A stretch of DNA of 64,000 bases from the NCBI RefSeq assembly GCF_001194135.2, contig NC_068985.1:107092840-107156839 (forward strand), in the 5' to 3' direction. How positions within the stretch are numbered: position 1 is the first letter of the stretch; every line of letters begins with the position of its first letter. Source of the DNA: Octopus bimaculoides (Eukaryota). The notes beneath the pieces are model-generated. The model saw nothing but the letters and a program-made list of their open reading frames with translations. It did no database searches and was not told the DNA's origin. The translations under genes and the position numbers were made by a program. This document shows, one piece after another, positions 52,471 through 64,000 of the stretch.

Positions 52471-53245
52471 AATCATCATCGTTTAATGTCTGCTTTCCAT
52501 GCTAGCATGGGTTGGACGATTTGACTGAGGACTGGAGAACCAGATGGCTGCACCAGGCTCCAATTTGATTTGGCAGAGTTTCTACAGCTGGATGCCCTTC
52601 CACTCTGAGAGTGTAGTGGGTGCTTTTACATGCCACTGGTTCAAGGGCCAGTCAGGTGCTACTGGCAATGACCACGCTCAAATGATGTTTTTTACATGCC
52701 ACCTGTACAGGAGCCAGTCCAGCGGCACTGGCAACGACTTCGCTCGAATGTTTTTTCACGTGCCATTAAGGCGGCACTGATAATGAACATGCTTAAATGG
52801 TAGTATTTACATGCCACCGGCATGGAAGCCAGACAGCTGCTCTGGCAATGATCACGCACAGACAGTGCTGTTAGTGCTCCACTGGCACGGGTGCCAGTCA
52901 TCAAATTTGGTTCAATTACGATTTCGATTTCACTTGCCCCCAACAGGTCTTCGCAAGCAGAGTTTAGTGTCCTATGAAGGAAAGGTTGGCATGGATGCCA
53001 GTTGTCAAATTTGGTTCGATTTCGATTCCACTTGCCTCAACAGGTCTTCGCAAGCAGAGTTTAGTGTCCAATGAAGGAAAGGTATGCATAAGTGGGCTGA
53101 CTACACCCCTGGCAAAGGCCACGGGTTATGGTCTCACTTGGCTTGCCGGGTTTTCTCACGCACAGCATATTTCCAAAGGTCTCGGTCACTAAGTATTGCC
53201 TCGGTGAGGCCTAATGTTCAAACGTCGTGCTTCACCACCTCATCT
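52471..53245 (-). mobile_element. RTE-clade LINE 3' fragment (end of ORF, 3' UTR, (GAT)n tail)
   Basis: Colinear with the 8560-9195 copy, which encodes the RTE C-terminus. Carries a copy-specific ~105-bp internal tandem duplication near 52880-53085. Short tail copies at ~10, 9941, 14278, 27152, 31936, 32860, 51590, 55880, 58920, 59505, 60380 and 63420. Confidence 0.8.
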
Positions 53246-53663
53246 AATGACTGAAACAATTAAAAGATAAAAGATGTAACTACCAGACCATGAATCTGTG
53301 ATGAAGACTTTACACTACTGCCCAATCTGCTACTAATAGCAGCCAAATATCAGAGACAGTATGATGGTTATGGCTGGAGCATTTAATCATAAGTCTACTT
53401 GAGCAGACCTATGATCAGAGCTGATCTGGAATTAATTACAACTTGATCAAGAGCCAATAAGAGACAATGATCAACTGGTCTATCTCTCAGGGATGCTTCA
53501 AGTGAGACAGAATAATAATTTGCACTAATATATATGTATATAATTAACCATTTGCAGGATCCAATTGAATCAAGGTATTTTAATAATAAAGACACCAATT
53601 TAGGGTCAAGAATAGCATATCCATGTATCAGCAGTATATATGAACACTCATACACACAATATA

Positions 53664-53869
53664 CAGGGAAGCCCAAAAGTAGGTTTACAGTTATCATGTA
53701 GGAACTTAAAATTTCTTTTAAAACATTTTATTACATTAAAATTTCTATCTTACAATTGACTAAGTTAACATAGAATAATGGTTTCATATTTTTTTATAAT
53801 TAAGACCTAAACTGTTAATATATGAATGCAAAAGAGATAGTTGAATAACTGTAAACCTACTTTTGGGCC

Positions 53870-53875
<6 letters not shown>
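53664..53875. mobile_element. Tc1/mariner-type MITE (212 bp)
   Basis: 30-bp TIRs CAGGGAAGCCCAAAAGTAGGTTTACAGTTA and its inverse (27/30 match), flanked by TA on both sides. Confidence 0.8.
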
Positions 53876-53944
<69 letters not shown>

Positions 53945-54077
53945 TTTATGTCAACATATATTCTTTGAGCCAAATCTAAAATGCTAAATTTTAATTCACC
54001 CGATGAAAACGGTTTTTTGCATGATGTAATTGATTTGTTCATCAACAAAAAAAAAACACATCTGAAACAGCTTTAGT

Positions 54078-54375
54078 TGAACAAATCAACCATAGGACTT
54101 ATTCTTTGTAAGCCTAGTACTTATTCTATCGGTCTCTTTTGTCAAAACACTAAGTTACAGGGACATAAACACACCACCATCGGTTGTCAAGTGATGGTGG
54201 GGGTACAAACACACACACATATGACAGGCTTCTTTCAGTTTCCATCTATTAAATCCACTCACAAGGCTTAGGTCAGCTCAAGGCTATAGTAGAAGACACT
54301 TGCCCAAAGTGCCACACAGTGGGACTGAACCCAGAACCATATCGTTGGTAAGCAAGCTACTTACTACACAGCCAA
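54078..54375 (-). mobile_element. SINE family B copy
   Basis: Reverse complement of the family B head and body. Boundaries approximate. Confidence 0.75.
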
Positions 54376-56225
54376 TGTAGGTGTGTGTGTGTGTGCGTAT
54401 CCTAGTGGTTAGGGTGTTGCACTCACAGTCATGGGACCAAGGATTTGATGCCTAGATTATTTGGTGTATTGTGTTCTTGAGTAAAACACTTTGTTTCTGT
54501 TGTTCTGCAATCACTGTGACATGCAAGATGTGGTGCACCAGGCATAGTGAGTGAGCAAATGTACAACACAACAATTAATCATGGTAAACAAATCATCTGT
54601 GCAGGTTGTTCAGCAAGAAATAGCAGAACTGTCTTTCTAAGCCTTAAGAGACTACCATTGTATGTAGTTATGTACACATATATGTATCTCTCTCTAAATA
54701 TATGTGTATGTGTGTGAACTTTAAGGTTAGTTAAAATATGTTTGTGACATATTTCAACTTCTAAAAGCAAATTTTCTGCAGTTACCGTGGAGAAAAATTC
54801 TCCCTTGTGGTAAAAGGTGTAATAACATATCTGCCCAGTGTTGCTCTCCATCAGATTCCCAGACACCTTGTTTCTAGCTCTTTAGCTATTATCAATGGGA
54901 AATACCAAAGAGAGGTAACTCTGGGTAGATTTAACTAAAACACAGTCAACAACATTGACTGAGTTGCACTATTGGACCACCAGGTCTAAGGGAATTCAGC
55001 AGTATCAGCGCCAAGCAGTGTTTAGGTAGAAACAAACTCTAGGTGAGTTAAAGTATGTTTGTGACATATTTCAACTTCTAAAGGCAAATTCACTGCAGTT
55101 AACAGAGAGAGAAAAATTCTCTACAGCAAAAGGTGTAAAAACATCATATCTGCCCAGTGTTGCCCTCTATTGGATTCCCAGACACTATGTTTCTAGCTCT
55201 TTAGCCATTATCAAGGGGAAATACTGAGGTGAGGTAACACATACATATATATATATATATGCATGAGCAATGTCAAGTTTATCATATTCAGTTGTAACTG
55301 ACCATGATAAGGCCTAACACTGCAAAAATAGTTCCAGGAAGAAAATTGTTCATCTTGACTTGTGTAAATATGCATTTAGTTTGGGCTGTGTGTGATGCCA
55401 TTAGATTGTAGGACATGCATTTCTGCATCATTCCACTTTGTCAGTTATGATCTAATGATGTCACAATACAAAACAAAGTGAATTTGCACAAGTCTAGTTG
55501 AAAATTTTTCTCTCAGGTCTATTTTTGCAGTATTAGGTCTTACCATATCCAATTACAATCAAATGCATTAAGCATGAGTTTATACATATATATTTTAGTC
55601 AAAGCTGCTTCACCATCATCATTGTTTTGATGCCCACTTTTCTATGCTTGCATGGATCAGAAGGAATTTGTTGAGGTGGATTTTCTAATGTTGAATGCCT
55701 CTTCTGTCACTAGCCCTCACCCATTATGAAGTTAAGTGATATCTGCCTATGACCAGACATGTTTTCATGGAAGATCGCAAAGTAAGGACACCGTTTGCAT
55801 GAAGGTGACACTCATTTACAAGTGTCACATGAAACGAAACAGTAATACACATACACACAATACATATATAATGTGTGGCATCGTGTAAATGCATTCTGCA
55901 AAGTGGTTGGCATTAGGAAGGGCATCCAGCTGTAGAAACCATGCCAAATCAGACTAGGGTCTGGTGCAGCCCCAAGAGCTTGCTAGCTCTGGTCACACCA
56001 TCCAACCCATGCTAACATGGACAACAGATGTTAAATGATGATGATGATGACAGGCTTCTTTCAGTTTCCCTCTACCAAATCCACTCGCAAGGTTTTGGTT
56101 GGTCTGGGGCTATAGTAGAAGACACTTGCCCAAGGTGCCATGTAGTGTGACTGAACCCAGAAACATAAGGTTGGGAAGCTAACTTTTTACCACACAGCCA
56201 CACCTGTGTCATTGTGCAACATTAA

Positions 56226-56279
56226 TTTATTAAAACAAAAAAAAATGTTTTCCTAAGTTTATTTCCAAACAAATTTATT
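56226..56279 (-). terminator. Candidate NFS1 polyadenylation signals (3x AATAAA)
   Basis: TTTATT on + at 56226, 56258 and 56274, about 570-620 nt after the stop. They are followed on the minus strand by U-rich sequence, just before a SINE starts. Confidence 0.45.
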
Positions 56280-56846
56280 TAATACAACTTTTTAGAAAAT
56301 TACAAATTATCTTTACCCATGATTATATGGCAACTTTGGTAAGTGATCAGCACAAAACTTACAACTAATTTTGATCATTTACACGTTACACTTTGTAGAA
56401 TGTATAAATTGGAGAAAAAGATCTGAAAGACACACGGAAAAAAAAAAACATACTTTGACAGAAGATTGAAACTTTGTCATAAATATGCAGAGAATTGAAT
56501 GGCATCACACAGTACCAGCTATATTTCTTTCATAGCAATAAAACCCTAAATTCTTCGAACTCAGGATATGAAGCTGGAATAAATACAACAATACTCTTAG
56601 ACATTTTGTCCAACATTCATAATAAAAATAATAAGCTCAAAATATCTTTAGAAATAGATTATTATTATTATTATTAATATTATTATTATATATTATGTAA
56701 TAATGCCACATAGGAGTGTATATTGTCAATTAGAGGTAAGACTTGTATGTTTCTTGCAAATATTAGGGGCCAGACACATCGACTTTGCAGAGACAGGCCT
56801 GGAAGTAACAGTTGATGGGTACAGTTGAATATTACCACAATATCAC

Positions 56847-63255
<6,409 letters not shown>

Positions 63256-63572
63256 CTGCCAAAGAAACCATATTTCAATTATCATCATCAACATAGCTAT
63301 TGTCACTATCATTTTCACATCCTATTCTACAAATCTACAAAGGAATTGTTACTCGGTCACACAACCTGGCAGAAACAACAGTTAAATCTCTTGCAAACTG
63401 CCCTCACCATTGTTTTAACATCTGCTTTTCCATGCTTGCATGGAAAGCAGACGTTAAACGACGATGATATATATATTTAAAATCGAAATTCTGTCTCTTT
63501 CTTTCTCTGGCAGAATGAAAGTACCTGTTTCAAGGGAAGCTATTATGTTATTTCTAATTTCTCACACTCAAT

Positions 63573-64000
63573 CCAATATGTAATTCAACTGATTTCATTG
63601 ATGATTTGATGGATGAAATCTTTCCTAATTTTCTTCATAATTACAATACAGATTGGATTTGTGAGTGACCTATTCTGACTCCAAAAATGTTGCTGTACAT
63701 AGCATTAATAATATACCATTGAATAAGCTTCCAGTAGAAGTATTCAATTATAACTCAAGTGACAGTGTTGTTGATGATCAGAATATTGTTAACTACCCTC
63801 AATGAATTTTTGAACTCACTAGAACCACCAGGAATAGCTGCTCATTGTCTTCAACTGACAAAAAGGGACTCCTACTACGCTATTGTGTAATTTGTCTCAA
63901 CTAGAATTATGCAATGGTACAAGAAGAATTGTGCACAACCTTATGACAAAGGACATTGAGGCAAAGGTTCTCATTAGTTGCGGCAACTACATGCAGAAAC
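63573..64000 (+). mobile_element. Decayed Helitron PIF1-like helicase fragment in an NFS1 intron (antisense), running off the window
   Basis: With 3 frameshifts and a stop: FIDDLMDEIFPNF..DWICE*PILTPK/NVAVHSINN..LNKLP..SDSVVDD..NYP/EFLNSLEPPG..H.LQL/KGTP.TLL.NL...LCNGTR. Confidence 0.85.

Overview
AT-rich, microsatellite- and repeat-dense animal genomic DNA from a scaffold-level assembly with 5 N-gaps. The repeat families look like those of Octopus (inference from pattern recognition, not a database result). Three protein-coding genes lie in tandem on the minus strand. (1) The 3' part of NFS1 (cysteine desulfurase): 8 exons, 56847-63255, with the 5' exons beyond the window end. (2) An intronless 252-aa type I membrane protein at 46851-47609 with a signal peptide, an apparently extracellular death-domain-like region resembling TMDD1/C12orf81, a TM helix and a CxxxC-repeat tail. 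(3) STUB1/CHIP exons 1-4 (41717 down to 1540), separated by 7-22 kb introns; the U-box exons lie before position 1. I traced all STUB1/NFS1 exon boundaries by hand as GT-AG, and their phases join into continuous reading frames. The rest is a TE landscape: several SINE families, many with clean TSDs; RTE and CR1-clade LINE relics; two Helitron relics; Tc1/mariner, piggyBac and hAT-like MITEs; and many fold-back palindromes. The most notable observations are four minimal type I hammerhead-ribozyme-like motifs in Penelope-like repeats (the best one sits inside a 43-bp hairpin that would block it), the ecto-death-domain gene, and a ~94%-identical inverted SINE pair bracketing STUB1 exon 2. Identities and alignments were made by eye and nothing was searched against a database.
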